This document shows positions 1-11,005 of a stretch of DNA of 64,000 nt, one piece after another. This stretch comes from Schizochytrium sp. TIO01. Lineage: Eukaryota; Protista; Bigyra: Labyrinthulomycetes. Positions within the stretch are counted from its first letter, which is position 1. Each line of letters begins with the position of its first letter. The position numbers were made by a program, and so were the translations under genes. Location: positions 5,116,483-5,180,482 of the forward strand of contig SMSO01000032.1 in the NCBI GenBank assembly GCA_004764695.1, in the 5' to 3' direction. Below the pieces are notes generated by a model. It was not told the DNA's origin and searched no databases. It saw only the letters and a program-made list of their open reading frames with translations.

Positions 1-1352
1 GTCGTCGTCTCGGAGCGCTGGCCTGCCTTGCAGGCGCTACTGCCGGTCTCCAAACTCAGAGCCAGATTAACGAACACATGGCTCGCATTGCGCTCACTCT
101 CAATAACCCTTCACTTGAGCAGGCGGCTTCCACAGAATCCGCGATCCAAGCTCATGTTCTCCATGCACTCTCCAGTCTTCTAGAACGTGCTTACGGGTTA
201 CAAGCGGAGGGAAAGCTTGATTCTCTCAGTCTTGAGACAACATGTAACATTCTACGAGCGCTCTTTATCCTGCTGACGAGTCCTGGAGATGAAGACCTTG
301 CAAACGGCGCGGAAGAGTCCCTTGTTCTTGCTGCAGCTTGCGGTGGTTTTTTTCAGCAGGTGGTCATGGAAGACAGTGGTGAACAAGAAGCTGTTCCAAG
401 TGTTTCCACAATGGTCGAGGCATGCAGCTCGAAGCTGTTGCCAGTAGATACTACAAAATGTGAATCGTGGTCCAAGTATACAGCTGATCGTAGAGTTTTC
501 GACCAGACTGTGAGGCGTGCAGGTGTTGCTGGGCTGGACCGTCAGAGTCAGCTGAAAAAGGCCGTGCAGGTGCTTGTGGTTACCACTCCAGCAGACCGTG
601 ACGCTGACTTGCGCCTTTGCATGTTGTCATTGCTTGAGTCTATGATCGGTTCTTACGATGATGCCCAGCAACACATGGAGTGTGATAAGGAGAACCGTGG
701 ACCTTTGGATGCCTTCGCACCCACCCTTGTAGATAAGGTTTTGGTTCCAAACCTTGTGTGGCGCGCAGGACGTGTACCTTCCACCATTCGCAAAATTAGT
801 ATGTATTGTCTGTCGCGCCTTGCAGCTGTGACCAGCGCTTCCCAAGCGCAGTGGTTCAGTCAGGAGCTCGAGAAAATTTTCCCTACACTGAAAGCTTGCC
901 TTGATGATCTGGAGACGGATACCCGACGTTTCACTTGCATGGCTCTTCGAGATATTTACGGTCTCCTCGGAGCCCATGGTATGACCTTGGAGCGGATGGT
1001 TGTTATGGATGGTTACCATGACATAATTAAGCGTCTGGACGACGCAGACGATCGCGTTCGTATCGTAGCATGCGAAGCACTCGTCAATATGATTCAAATT
1101 AGCCCCACAGATGCCTTGAAAGGAACAGCAGCAGAATACATTGTGGATACCGCATATATCCACATGGATGACGCTCAGACGACTGTGCAGACTTCCGTTT
1201 ATTCTATTGTCGAAGCTCTCATTCGCCGGGGCGTGGATGTGGGTAAAATTGCATCCAAAGCCGGGGACCACCGTGCCCGCCACCGCAGTCCGGAGCTCTG
1301 TGACCGTGTCATTGCGCTCTGCCAAGAGATGGACTCTTCGGCATCTGCTTGA
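1..1352 (+). CDS. DNAAF5: Dynein axonemal assembly factor 5 (HEATR2), C-terminal part; 5'-partial, frame open from position 3
   Basis: HEAT-repeat-like helical protein with PNLVWRAGRVPSTIRKISMYCL, LKACLDD, KRLDDADDRVR and HMDD motifs typical of the DNAAF5 C-terminus. No stop codon between nt 3 and the first ATG at 78. Confidence 0.8.
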   Translation, partial: RRLGALACLAGATAGLQTQSQINEHMARIALTLNNPSLEQAASTESAIQAHVLHALSSLLERAYGLQAEGKLDSLSLETTCNILRALFILLTSPGDEDLANGAEESLVLAAACGGFFQQVVMEDSGEQEAVPSVSTMVEACSSKLLPVDTTKCESWSKYTADRRVFDQTVRRAGVAGLDRQSQLKKAVQVLVVTTPADRDADLRLCMLSLLESMIGSYDDAQQHMECDKENRGPLDAFAPTLVDKVLVPNLVWRAGRVPSTIRKISMYCLSRLAAVTSASQAQWFSQELEKIFPTLKACLDDLETDTRRFTCMALRDIYGLLGAHGMTLERMVVMDGYHDIIKRLDDADDRVRIVACEALVNMIQISPTDALKGTAAEYIVDTAYIHMDDAQTTVQTSVYSIVEALIRRGVDVGKIASKAGDHRARHRSPELCDRVIALCQEMDSSASA

Positions 1353-1811
1353 AAAGAAATCATCTAATTAAACGCTAAACTCATTTTTTTTTTTTAATTG
1401 CTAAGCTTTGCTTTCCTGCCGTTTTCTGTGTGTCAGAAGTTCTGAAGCCGGAATTAGCATGGTATATTCATTGTATACTGAAATAGCTGGTTTCATCTCT
1501 GTGCTTGGTCAAGCACAGAGATAGAATGATTAAATCAATTTGACCAGCCTCCTATTGTTCTTTTCAAATTCGGTCTCTTCGTTGTTAATTGTGGGAGTTC
1601 AGCTGTTTAGAATTTGCAGAAAACGATCAGCGTTGTGGCATAAAAACTTGATGGAATCTTAATTATTTGTTTACTATTTTCTATAAACGAAGCAGGGTTT
1701 TAGACAATACAGTGAGTAGGTAAAATAATGCAAGGGCTGTTCTGAACAAGAACAGCGATTATTCTGTAATACGAAAGCGTTAACAGATTGATCAACAGGT
1801 TTCGCGCCTAT

Positions 1812-2144
1812 CTAGTGGCTGCGAAAACGGGCAAGCCCGTTTTCGGCAAGCTCCTCCTCGTAAGCTTTTTCCTCAGCCGCGTAAAGTGCCTGAAGCCGAG
1901 CTCGTCGTGCACGGACTAAGTTCTCGCTTTCGAATCGAAGTTCTGCTTCACAGGCCTGCTCAAGACGTGCATCTGCCTCACGGTTTGTTGACTGCTGGTG
2001 CTTAGTCTCCCACTCAGCACGAGCTTCTGCCACCTTGCGGTCCCTCAAGTCCTCCATAGCACTGGCCACAGCCATCTCTTTCTTGACAAGCTCCCGGACG
2101 TTGTCATCGCTCCTGCGTGCCCGAGGCCTGCGAATTCCGCTCAT
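1812..2144 (-). CDS. CFAP141: Small coiled-coil ciliary microtubule inner protein, CFAP141/C1orf189-like (110 aa)
   Basis: Size ~100 aa, central W, and C-terminal ELRFESENLVRARRARLQALYAAEEKAYEEELAENGLA resembling the CFAP141/CFAP53-type RxxxLxxLxxxExxxYxxELxxxG motif. Confidence 0.6.
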   Translation of the reverse strand: MSGIRRPRARRSDDNVRELVKKEMAVASAMEDLRDRKVAEARAEWETKHQQSTNREADARLEQACEAELRFESENLVRARRARLQALYAAEEKAYEEELAENGLARFRSH

Positions 2145-3452
2145 GATTGCCTACTTTTGGCTGTGCGAGTGGAAAAATGTTTGCGCGTCTTGCTGGATTG
2201 TTCTTGATCTCCTCCAGTTTATATATAGCAAGTCCAGCAGAGTTGCTAAATAGGTTGAGTAGCAAGCACGCTCTGGTTCGTTCTCGCTCGGAATTGTAAG
2301 ACTCTTTGCAAGTCATAACAATAGTAGTAAGTCCTTCAGTTATTTAGCTTTCGAAATCGAACAAAAAGTGTGTACCATGGCAACTTGAAAATAATTTTTG
2401 TTTTTGTCAGCCCTCCAAGTTCCAGGAAAAGTTATGCACCTCTGATCCACGGGAGTGTCATTTGCATCTACGTCGGGCATAATCATTGTATTTAGATTTG
2501 CTATTAGCTTGCACACGTTGACGCCTTGCATGCATTTATCCCACCTCGACATCGTTCTTGATCTTGGTTTCCGGACAATACAGTTTTTATCAACTCGTTT
2601 GTGTCAGAATTGCCCCTCCAAACACAAGCTCTTCCTCTCCCGATTTCGTCATTCCCTCAGTCCACATGAGTTAAAAACTAGCTAGAATTTCGTGTTCTCC
2701 ACCTGCGATATCAACAGCTGCTCGAGCAAGATCAGCGAAGGGGCAATTCCAGGCACCGAGAAGAGAACGTTTTATCTCTCACTGGCTAGCCGGGAAAAAA
2801 GATCACGTCAGGGTCGAAAAGTGAGTCTGATTTAACGGATCGCTGGAACGGACCTTTGATCCAGAGTCGTTTGTTCTTAATGACGCTGTGCCCACACATT
2901 GCCCTTGCTGATCACCCCGTTGAGCTGCGGCCGGCGTGCTGCGGCGATCGCCCTCCCTGGCCAGAGGCCTCATCAAGGCTTGAGCGGCACCTGGCACCGC
3001 GGCGCTGGCTCAGGCGCAGCGTCGCGTCGCGTCGCGTTGCGTCTCTTCGCGTGAGCTGGGAACCCGGAGCGGGTCTTTCAATTGTGCTTTTTATAGAGTT
3101 TCTCTCTTTGTGTTCATTCTTTAGTCGAGGTGAGGATAAGATAACATTGTACAAACAGGGGTAGAGCACGTGCATGAGGACAGAACAACTGGCAGGAACT
3201 AGACAGCTGAGGCCGTGCGCAAACAGAGTCCGGACATTTAGAGGCCTGGAGGTACCCTAAACTCTGCCGACTAAGTGGTAATTATTTTGCGAGGTTGCTT
3301 GGTGGTAGACTTGCAGTTCTGCGTAAGCCACGCAGCAGGCGCAGAAGCGAAAGGCCCGTGTGGAAGAGAGGCTATATCGGGGACATTGAGAATAAAGGAG
3401 GCTATAGTTCGAAACTTGACATCAGAAGTCATTCTCGAATTGTGTGCCCACC

Positions 3453-5567
3453 ATGGGCGGCGCGGTAAGCGCGTCGCGTGCCGCAGTATATTCTGCGGAT
3501 AAGGTCGCCTCGAGCGATGACCTCATGCAGAGCGTAAATGACTCTAAATCGCAGTCGTGTAAAAATGAGTCGGCCGTAGTTGAAACCCTTGCTGTGCTGA
3601 GACGCAAGAGGAATATGACAGATCCTTCTCGAAAGAGCAAGTTTGGTTCAAACTCTCGCAAGACAACATTTAGCCGATTGTCTACAAGTTTATCGCGAAG
3701 TTCACTCGCACAAATGCCTCACAGATCAATAACAGCCGGGAGGAATGCACTCACATTTTTGATGCGAACACGCGAAACTAAGTTGGGAATGGGTTTGAGT
3801 ACTCGTAACATTCAAACTGTCCAGGTAGATAATTCTCTTCCAACCTATGAGCTCCTATTACGGGCATCTTTGGTACATATCATGGGTTTTCTTGAATTCA
3901 AAGATCTAGCTACAGTGGGCGCGGTCAACCATCAATGGAATGACGCGCTTTACCGGCATCTCAAACATTGTGACGGAGGGTTCTCCGCAGAAGAGAACGA
4001 GTGGATCCGAACACAGCTAGGCTATAATGAATCTTTCTTTTTGAGGTCCATGGTTCAAAATTTGTGTGAGATGGTGAATCGCTTAACAGATACCAATCCA
4101 AACGCAGAGAGCACAGAAATATCTCATGATGAAGTCAATAAACTTATCATGAAGGTGAGACAACATCACTTCCACTTTGCTACCTGCCCTGCCGTGGCGA
4201 TGGCAATGCTGAATGGAGAACCAGATGCATTTGCTCGAAATCAAGAGCATGAAATTGTGTTTCGTGCAAAATATTCACGTCACATTGCGGCAATATCAAA
4301 TCCAAGTTTTATTGTAAAGACTTTTGAAAGTCTTTCTCATGCAGTTCGAATGAGCTCCCAGGTGTTAATAGACGCCCAAAAAAAATTAACTTCGAGCGCC
4401 GAAGAAGAAATTCGTTTGCAAGCTATGCAATTTTTTGGGGATACATCTTGCATAGATGAGAGGTGCTCGACAACCGAGGCGATCTATTCTGGAGATATAA
4501 CGGCTTCGTGTGGTTCATATTTTACAAAAATTGAAGCATGCCTTGAAGCCGAGCATCAAAAGGCATGTGCCCAACTAAGAGCAATCTTCATGAGAGAACT
4601 GCACTTATCATCCTTTGATACATATCGAGGCTTCGAACATCTTGTTCCAAAGGATCAGTCGTGGGAAGCCAAAAGAAACTTGCCTGCGATTCTAGTAATG
4701 AGCGAAACAGAGCTTGTGGACGCCAATGTGCTTACGTTCTTGCAAACAAATTTGCTGCAGATATGTAATGTAATTGTGCGCATCCGGATGACTGCTGTGT
4801 GCCAAAAAGATTTTCTTTCTGAGGCCTTTTTGGTTCGCAAGGTACTTGCGAAACTTGAGAATTTGATTAACACATGTACACCGCCAGAAAATATTATTCG
4901 CGGCTCATATGAGTCACTTATTGGCATACCTGTGCTTCATCCTACGATCAAAGGTGTGAAGCAAATGAACAACGAACAGCTAGCAATGCTTCAAGTAAAG
5001 TCATGTGTTGATGAGTATTTGGACTACTTCATCGATCAGCGTTGGCTTGAAGAAGGGCGCGCTGGCCCGCCTTTGAAGCGCAACTTTCCAACCAAACCCG
5101 AAGCTATTTCCTCTGAACCTCGTGGTTGGCTCTTCACACTATGTTGTAGAGTCTATGAAGATTTTATGAGAGAATCAACGGGCGACGCAAGTTTTGAGCT
5201 TACGAAGTCAATAGAATTATCTATTCATCAGGATGCTATGCGTAGATACATCCATCATACGCTTATGAAAGAAAATGTACGCTTGTGCGTAAATCATGGT
5301 TCTCGTGGATCTATTTTAGTGCCTATGTCTAGGCGTATTGAGGTGACAAACAAATTAATACCTGCTCTTCTTGAAGGTCTGCGTCGGGATCTAGGTCCAA
5401 CTCAGGAAGGTGCTGCAGATGACTTCGAAAAGAGGATATTTGGTGATGAACATTGTCGTCTTCTAAAAGTGCTGCATGCGCTCACTTTGCGTGAGCTTGT
5501 GAAAACCTTAGAGCAGAAACGACATGATATTGAGGAGTACGAAAAGCAAAGTCTCAAGGCGGATTAA
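3453..5567 (+). CDS. F-box-like domain protein (~704 aa) with putative N-myristoylation start MGGAVS
   Basis: Long uninterrupted ORF, first ATG at 3453. LLLRASLVHIMGFLEFKDLATVGAVNHQWNDAL fits the F-box consensus. Remainder not recognised. Confidence 0.6.
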   Translation: MGGAVSASRAAVYSADKVASSDDLMQSVNDSKSQSCKNESAVVETLAVLRRKRNMTDPSRKSKFGSNSRKTTFSRLSTSLSRSSLAQMPHRSITAGRNALTFLMRTRETKLGMGLSTRNIQTVQVDNSLPTYELLLRASLVHIMGFLEFKDLATVGAVNHQWNDALYRHLKHCDGGFSAEENEWIRTQLGYNESFFLRSMVQNLCEMVNRLTDTNPNAESTEISHDEVNKLIMKVRQHHFHFATCPAVAMAMLNGEPDAFARNQEHEIVFRAKYSRHIAAISNPSFIVKTFESLSHAVRMSSQVLIDAQKKLTSSAEEEIRLQAMQFFGDTSCIDERCSTTEAIYSGDITASCGSYFTKIEACLEAEHQKACAQLRAIFMRELHLSSFDTYRGFEHLVPKDQSWEAKRNLPAILVMSETELVDANVLTFLQTNLLQICNVIVRIRMTAVCQKDFLSEAFLVRKVLAKLENLINTCTPPENIIRGSYESLIGIPVLHPTIKGVKQMNNEQLAMLQVKSCVDEYLDYFIDQRWLEEGRAGPPLKRNFPTKPEAISSEPRGWLFTLCCRVYEDFMRESTGDASFELTKSIELSIHQDAMRRYIHHTLMKENVRLCVNHGSRGSILVPMSRRIEVTNKLIPALLEGLRRDLGPTQEGAADDFEKRIFGDEHCRLLKVLHALTLRELVKTLEQKRHDIEEYEKQSLKAD

Positions 5568-6365
5568 TCGAGAAGAGCACTTGTAGTCACTCTCGTACCA
5601 TTCCATTCTTAATTATCGGTATTCCTGATACACGGCTAGGTACAACGTCCTGTGCTTTTAATAAAGTTGTGCTTGCCATATTTTACATATAATACTACTT
5701 CATAAACACAAACTAAAGTAGCATTTTTCCAACTGAACATTTGATGTGTATGTGCTCTATCTCTCTAAAGAATTGTTTGACTAAGTGCGGGCTTGTTCTT
5801 ATATGAATGAAGAATGAGAAGTGGTGCTTTTTCAGGTTGCGAGGGTGACCAGACACGAAAAACCAAGAGAGGATCCGAACCGTGAACTTACGAATGCATG
5901 CTTGAGGTTCACGATAGTATACAATCACCCAGGATTTTTGTAAGAATTAAAGGAAATTATTGCTAACTAATTTTGAGTACAAAGCAGTTCATGAAGATAG
6001 GCTTACTGTTATATATGTGTGTCTGGGACGTTTCAGTAGGCACAACACCCGAGACGGGAGCTATCGTGCATGTAAGCTTGCGTGCACACATACGCACGGG
6101 CGGTTGTATGTCTGCGAACAAGTGATGTTTTGTTTCGTATTGGGTAAGGATAAACTAGCTGGTGGGCCGATAAAGGCAGTCAGTGCATTTACTGCAAGCT
6201 GTGCTTTCCCCTCAGGCTTTGTTCGATTTGTTTTGTTTTAACTTTGCCGTGTTTAAGTGTGGTGCAAAGTTAGGGAGAAGTGGCGCTTGGTTGTAAAGAT
6301 ATTTGGAAAACAACAACAAAAAATTATCTCTCCAAATGAAGGGGATAAGAAAAGCAGCGTGCTGC

Positions 6366-7253
6366 TTAGACCTGAAGACCAGGGAGGACAAGAGGGCTTT
6401 GCTGTACTGCAGACTTAAGGTAAAGGAAGCAGAATTCGGCCATGACAGCAATGTGCAAAAGCTGCGCAAAGAGTACAAAAAGGCCAACCCAGCCGCCGGT
6501 GATACCAATGGAGTGTTTATCCGTGAGCTCGTGGTATGAGCTAGCCCAGAAGACAAGCAGGAACAGACGCGAAAGGCCAATTGAAAAAACAAAGTGCGAG
6601 ACCCAGGGTTCCACAGCCCGGTTGGCCTTTTGCAGCATGTAGAACTGCGGCAGAATCGCAACGACCTCAAGGTAGAGGGCAAACGTCCAGGCAATGTCAG
6701 TGAACACGTTGCGGTTCAACGACGGGTGGAGAAGGATTGCCATGATAAGGCACGGGACAATGAGAATGACAGGACCGGCTTGGGGCGGGATGCTCTTGAA
6801 GTTTCCAAAACCATCCTCAGTGGCATTGTAGGTGTTCTTGTAAGTGACGACGGTGACAAAGATGAGCAAGCCGACAATGAGCAATGATGCAATCTCTACA
6901 AGCTGGTACAACCAATCACCAGACTTGTCGTATGGCAAGTAACCTTCGTAGAAGAGGATGGAGCTGAGTCGCGCCAGGAACACGAGCACGTACAGCTCAA
7001 GAGTCTTTAGGGACACTCCGGAGCAGGAACGCTCGCTTCGGAACTTGACAAGCAGAACAGCAAAACCAAACATACGCGTGAGTGCACCAAGTGTGAGCAG
7101 GAAACTAAAGTCACCATCACTCAGCAAGTGGTACACAAAGAGGATCGTGGCGAATCCTGTCACATAGAGGATGAGGTTGAGTCTGTTTTTGTTGACCCAT
7201 TCCTTCCGTTTGACCGGATTCTGCATCATCTCAACGAATTCCCTGGCACCCAT
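6366..7253 (-). CDS. ERD2: ER lumen protein retaining receptor (ERD2/KDEL-receptor family, N-terminally extended class)
   Basis: Multipass TM pattern with family motifs SCSGVSLKTLELY, WTFALYLEVVAILPQ and SHFVFSIGLSR. First ATG (MGAREF) at 7253. Confidence 0.85.
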   Translation of the reverse strand: MGAREFVEMMQNPVKRKEWVNKNRLNLILYVTGFATILFVYHLLSDGDFSFLLTLGALTRMFGFAVLLVKFRSERSCSGVSLKTLELYVLVFLARLSSILFYEGYLPYDKSGDWLYQLVEIASLLIVGLLIFVTVVTYKNTYNATEDGFGNFKSIPPQAGPVILIVPCLIMAILLHPSLNRNVFTDIAWTFALYLEVVAILPQFYMLQKANRAVEPWVSHFVFSIGLSRLFLLVFWASSYHELTDKHSIGITGGWVGLFVLFAQLLHIAVMAEFCFLYLKSAVQQSPLVLPGLQV

Positions 7254-7626
7254 GGTTTTAAAAATCAATAATTCACTGTGCTCCCCTCGCAGCCGTCGAC
7301 AGATGCTCTTTTCTTACTTGCTCCAGGTCCTTGCTCTCGCAGGACACCGCGGTAGTGCGTCAAATGTTCGTTGTCCAAAGATATAGTAGTTGTACAGATT
7401 CGCCAGATGAAACGAACCGAAGTCTCACGAACCCTTGTCAACGGCGTAAACCCAGCTCGTCGAGAGGGGCCTAGCACGGGTAGTAAGAAGCTTCTCGAGA
7501 GCGGTCTCCGCCGCCTAGAGATACAAGTATGCCTACAAGCCGCCGTACAGCCGCGTTGCCAGCCTGGCTCTGAAGGTCTCGAGCGAAAGAACGCTGGCTT
7601 CGAAGCAGCCAGAAAGAAAGAAAGAA

Positions 7627-8487
7627 TAAGTAAGTAAGTAAGTAAGCGAAAAAAATAAAACAAATCAATCAATCAACCATAACCTTCTAAGCAGTACTAC
7701 TATCTACTAAACGAACCACCATAGTACCTATGCAACTCTACGGTAGAAACCATAGAAATGAAACTTTATCCCAAAGGACATCGCAATGAATGAATTCCTC
7801 ATAAACCCACTCTTTCCAAATGTATTCATTCTCCTTACATCACACAGCAGTACGCACATCTATCAACTAAACAATATTAAACTATTCAAATCAACCTTTA
7901 AAATGCTGATTTTGCCTCAAACAACATTCATTCACGGAATGTTAAAAAGAGCTAAGAACAGAAAGAAGAATAGTGATGAAAGAATGGACGACATGTCTGT
8001 CCATAAAATTCAAATTCTCCGCCGCTTTCAAAAGCAGTTCGAGTTCAAATTCAATTTATTCGAACCAGAGCCCCAAACCAAAGCCTTTCAGGGCTGCATG
8101 CATGCCTACATCTCTCTCAGCACTCAGCTTCTGCGGCCTCGCTGGCGTTCCCGTCGGGTGGACTGCTTCATCGCGCGGCTCCTTCTTCTGCAAATGAACG
8201 AATGAATCAATCAATCAATTTGAAAACACGTTGGGTAGTGGAGGTTCAATCAAATCGATCATTAACCTACAGCAGCGCGGACTCCCCAAACCTGCCTGCT
8301 CTGCGTGGCTCCATTCGCTCCAACGGCCGCGCCCGGCCCGGGCCCCTCCGGCTGGAAGCAAGCAAGCATGCTCAACCCCCGCCGCCTCCGCGATCCATTT
8401 CGAAGGCGGCGCATTTGATTTGATTTGATTTGATTTGAATTGATTTGAATTGGTCCCCAAACTAATCTAATCTAATCTGATCTAATC
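7627..8487. repeat. Microsatellite cluster: (TAAG)5 at 7627-7646, AATC runs, (TTTGA)n at ~8414-8452, (CTAAT)n at ~8462-8487
   Basis: Directly visible short tandem repeats upstream of ERD2. Confidence 0.9.
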
Positions 8488-9734
8488 TCTCAACTCTCAA
8501 CGGCGCCATTGCGTCAATTAATTACCTCAATTGATTGATCGCTCAATGGTCCTCTCTTCTTTTTAAAAGGCACCTTAAGCTCTGAGAGCTTTTCCATTCC
8601 TTCGGACCACGTCAGAGGAGGAGAAGGACAAGGCCAAGGATAAGAAGGAGAAGGGGAAGCACCCTCGGCCTTCTGCTCTCGCCTTGCTCGGGGAAGGCCT
8701 GCGAAGCGAAGCATGACCTCCCTCCCTCTCCGCGGAGACCCGCTGGCCGGCAGCATCGATGCTGTCGGCAGCGAAGAGCATCCCGTTTTCAGCCAGACGG
8801 TTGCGGAGAACAGCGACGGCGAGAAGACTGGAGACCTCAGGATAGATACCCTGGTCGTGTAAGACGGCACCACATGGGAGGGAGAATATAGAGTTAGAAG
8901 AGGGGGAAGGTGGCGCGTATGTTTAAAATGGGGTGTATTTGTATTGGAGGCACTGCGCATAATTACTGTTCTAGGATGTGTTCCGTTTCAGAGTACCTGA
9001 GCAGAACTGAACAGTATTGGGGCAATGAGGGGAGAGTGAGGTGTTCTGAGAGTTATGGAACGACGGTAGCAATCGCTTACTTCGGGGTAGCACTGTCAGA
9101 CGTCAACTCACTGCAGCTGAGTTGATGCGCTGTTGCTTTCGACGTCGCTCGCACCCTTTCGCGTACTCGTCTCTGAATGATTAGCTGGGATGTTATAAAG
9201 TTGGCGGAAGACCGTCGCATAGTTTGGCTTCATGTTTTTTTAGCGACAATGGTCTTCCCACATTAACTAATTATAATTGATCAATTGGGTACCTACATAC
9301 TTAGTACTACTCATTCAGTATAAAGCACTACGTAGGTATAGGTAGGTCTTCAATTTGCATGTGATCTCTGCCCTGTGATAATAATTGATAAGGCTAGGCC
9401 CGTCTACCGCTAACTTCGGCCAGGATCCCCACTTTTCGATATTCGAAGAGTGACTTTCTTGAATTCGAGACTGGTTTGGTTTGACCTGATGGCCTCGATC
9501 TTCACGCGCTGCGCCTTCAGGTTGATTCCGAGGCTGTCCTGCAGCAGGTGTTCCACAATTCCCCTAGAAACACTATCATTGCCGTTCCTTTCGTTCTCCT
9601 TCGTCGGCGCTACTATGCACTGAGTTCCTACAGTATCGCCTATGTGACGTTCTCTGATTCCTTCCCCTCCTGCATAGCAAAGTGTTCGGTAGGTAGGCGC
9701 TAGTGGACCCTTAGTATCGCTTGTGGCAATGGTA

Positions 9735-9789
9735 TCTTCTTCTCTCTTCTTCTCTCTTCTTCTCTCTTCTTCTCTCTTCTTCTATCTTC
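9735..9789. repeat. 10-bp tandem repeat (TCTCTCTTCT) x ~5
   Basis: Four perfect units at 9741-9780 plus partial flanking units. Confidence 0.95.
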
Positions 9790-11005
9790 GCTTTCTCATC
9801 TATCTTCTTACAGTAGGTTAGGCACTAATAGGAATTGTGCTAATGGGGGTGAAGAAAGAAAGGTCAAATCCAGATCTCCAGGTTTGGAGCGAGAGCGCTC
9901 GTTGTGAAGGCCCCTGTGCTCTTTCAGCGTCGACGCCTTCACAAGAGGCGAGGGGTTGCCCTGAAGTCCCATAGTGCAGACTTTCTCCTTCAAAGAAGCT
10001 CCCGAGGCTCTCCGAGAGCGGCCTTGTCTTGGATCTCAATCGATCGATTGAAATCGATTGATTGAGAAACTGATCGATTTCTGACAGAGCAGGTACCTAG
10101 TAGTGCCTATTACTCGATACTACTAATATTGCCAATAGGTAGTAGGGTATTGATAGTAGTACCTAATCACTTGCTTGCTCCTATTGGTTAGCGCCTGGTT
10201 AGTGCTTACTCTATCTCGTTGTTCCTTAGTTTTCTTCTCTCGTTCCTTCTCTCTTTTTCTTTCTTTCTTTCTTTCTTTCGTTCATTCTCTCTTTGTCTCT
10301 TTCTTTCCCTATTGTTCCTCTGTCTCTCTCATTCGTCTGTCGGGCTCTGTCGATCGGGGTCTGCAAGCAATCAACACTCGCCCGGGAGGCCTCCAGCAGA
10401 GCCCCTTAGCCGTCAGAACAGGCGGGAGAGCTTACGCGCGCGTGGTTACCTGTGCGAACCAGCGAGTGAGCTAGAGAGCACGTGAGTTGGCAGACGAGTG
10501 GGCCATCGAGAGAGTGAGTGCTTCGTTCGCGATATCTCTCTCATTCTGCTCCTATAATTTTTACTATCTATAGAGAGCACCAGCCTTGGCTTCGCTCTAT
10601 CGTCGACCAAGGGCGCAGCTTGTTCGCTGCGGATCGGTACTCTCAACCACGCTGTGTATTATTTCCTAGCTGCACGAGGAGCTCTGCGTTCTGGCTGCTT
10701 CAGTCAACGCGTTTCCTGGATATATCCATATACATATACATATATATCTTGTATATCTTCAGTTGGGAAGCGAGTTCTCCAAAAACCTAAATAAGCAGAG
10801 CAGACCACGTTTACTCACTTCTGCCAAGAGAACTGACTATTGGCTGTCTGGCGTTCTGTGCCTGGCCCTCAGTTTTCTTGAATTTCGTTGGCTACGTATT
10901 CGTAGGTGGAAACATATCAACAAACAAACAAACAAACAAGCAAACAAGTTTATTAAAACAAGTAGCAGCAACAAGAGCGCCAGTAGCTAGAAAGCGTAAG
11001 GTACA

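Noticed and set aside
627-1325. 232-aa antisense ORF inside DNAAF5
   Set aside because: Fully overlaps a well-supported gene; no recognisable domain.
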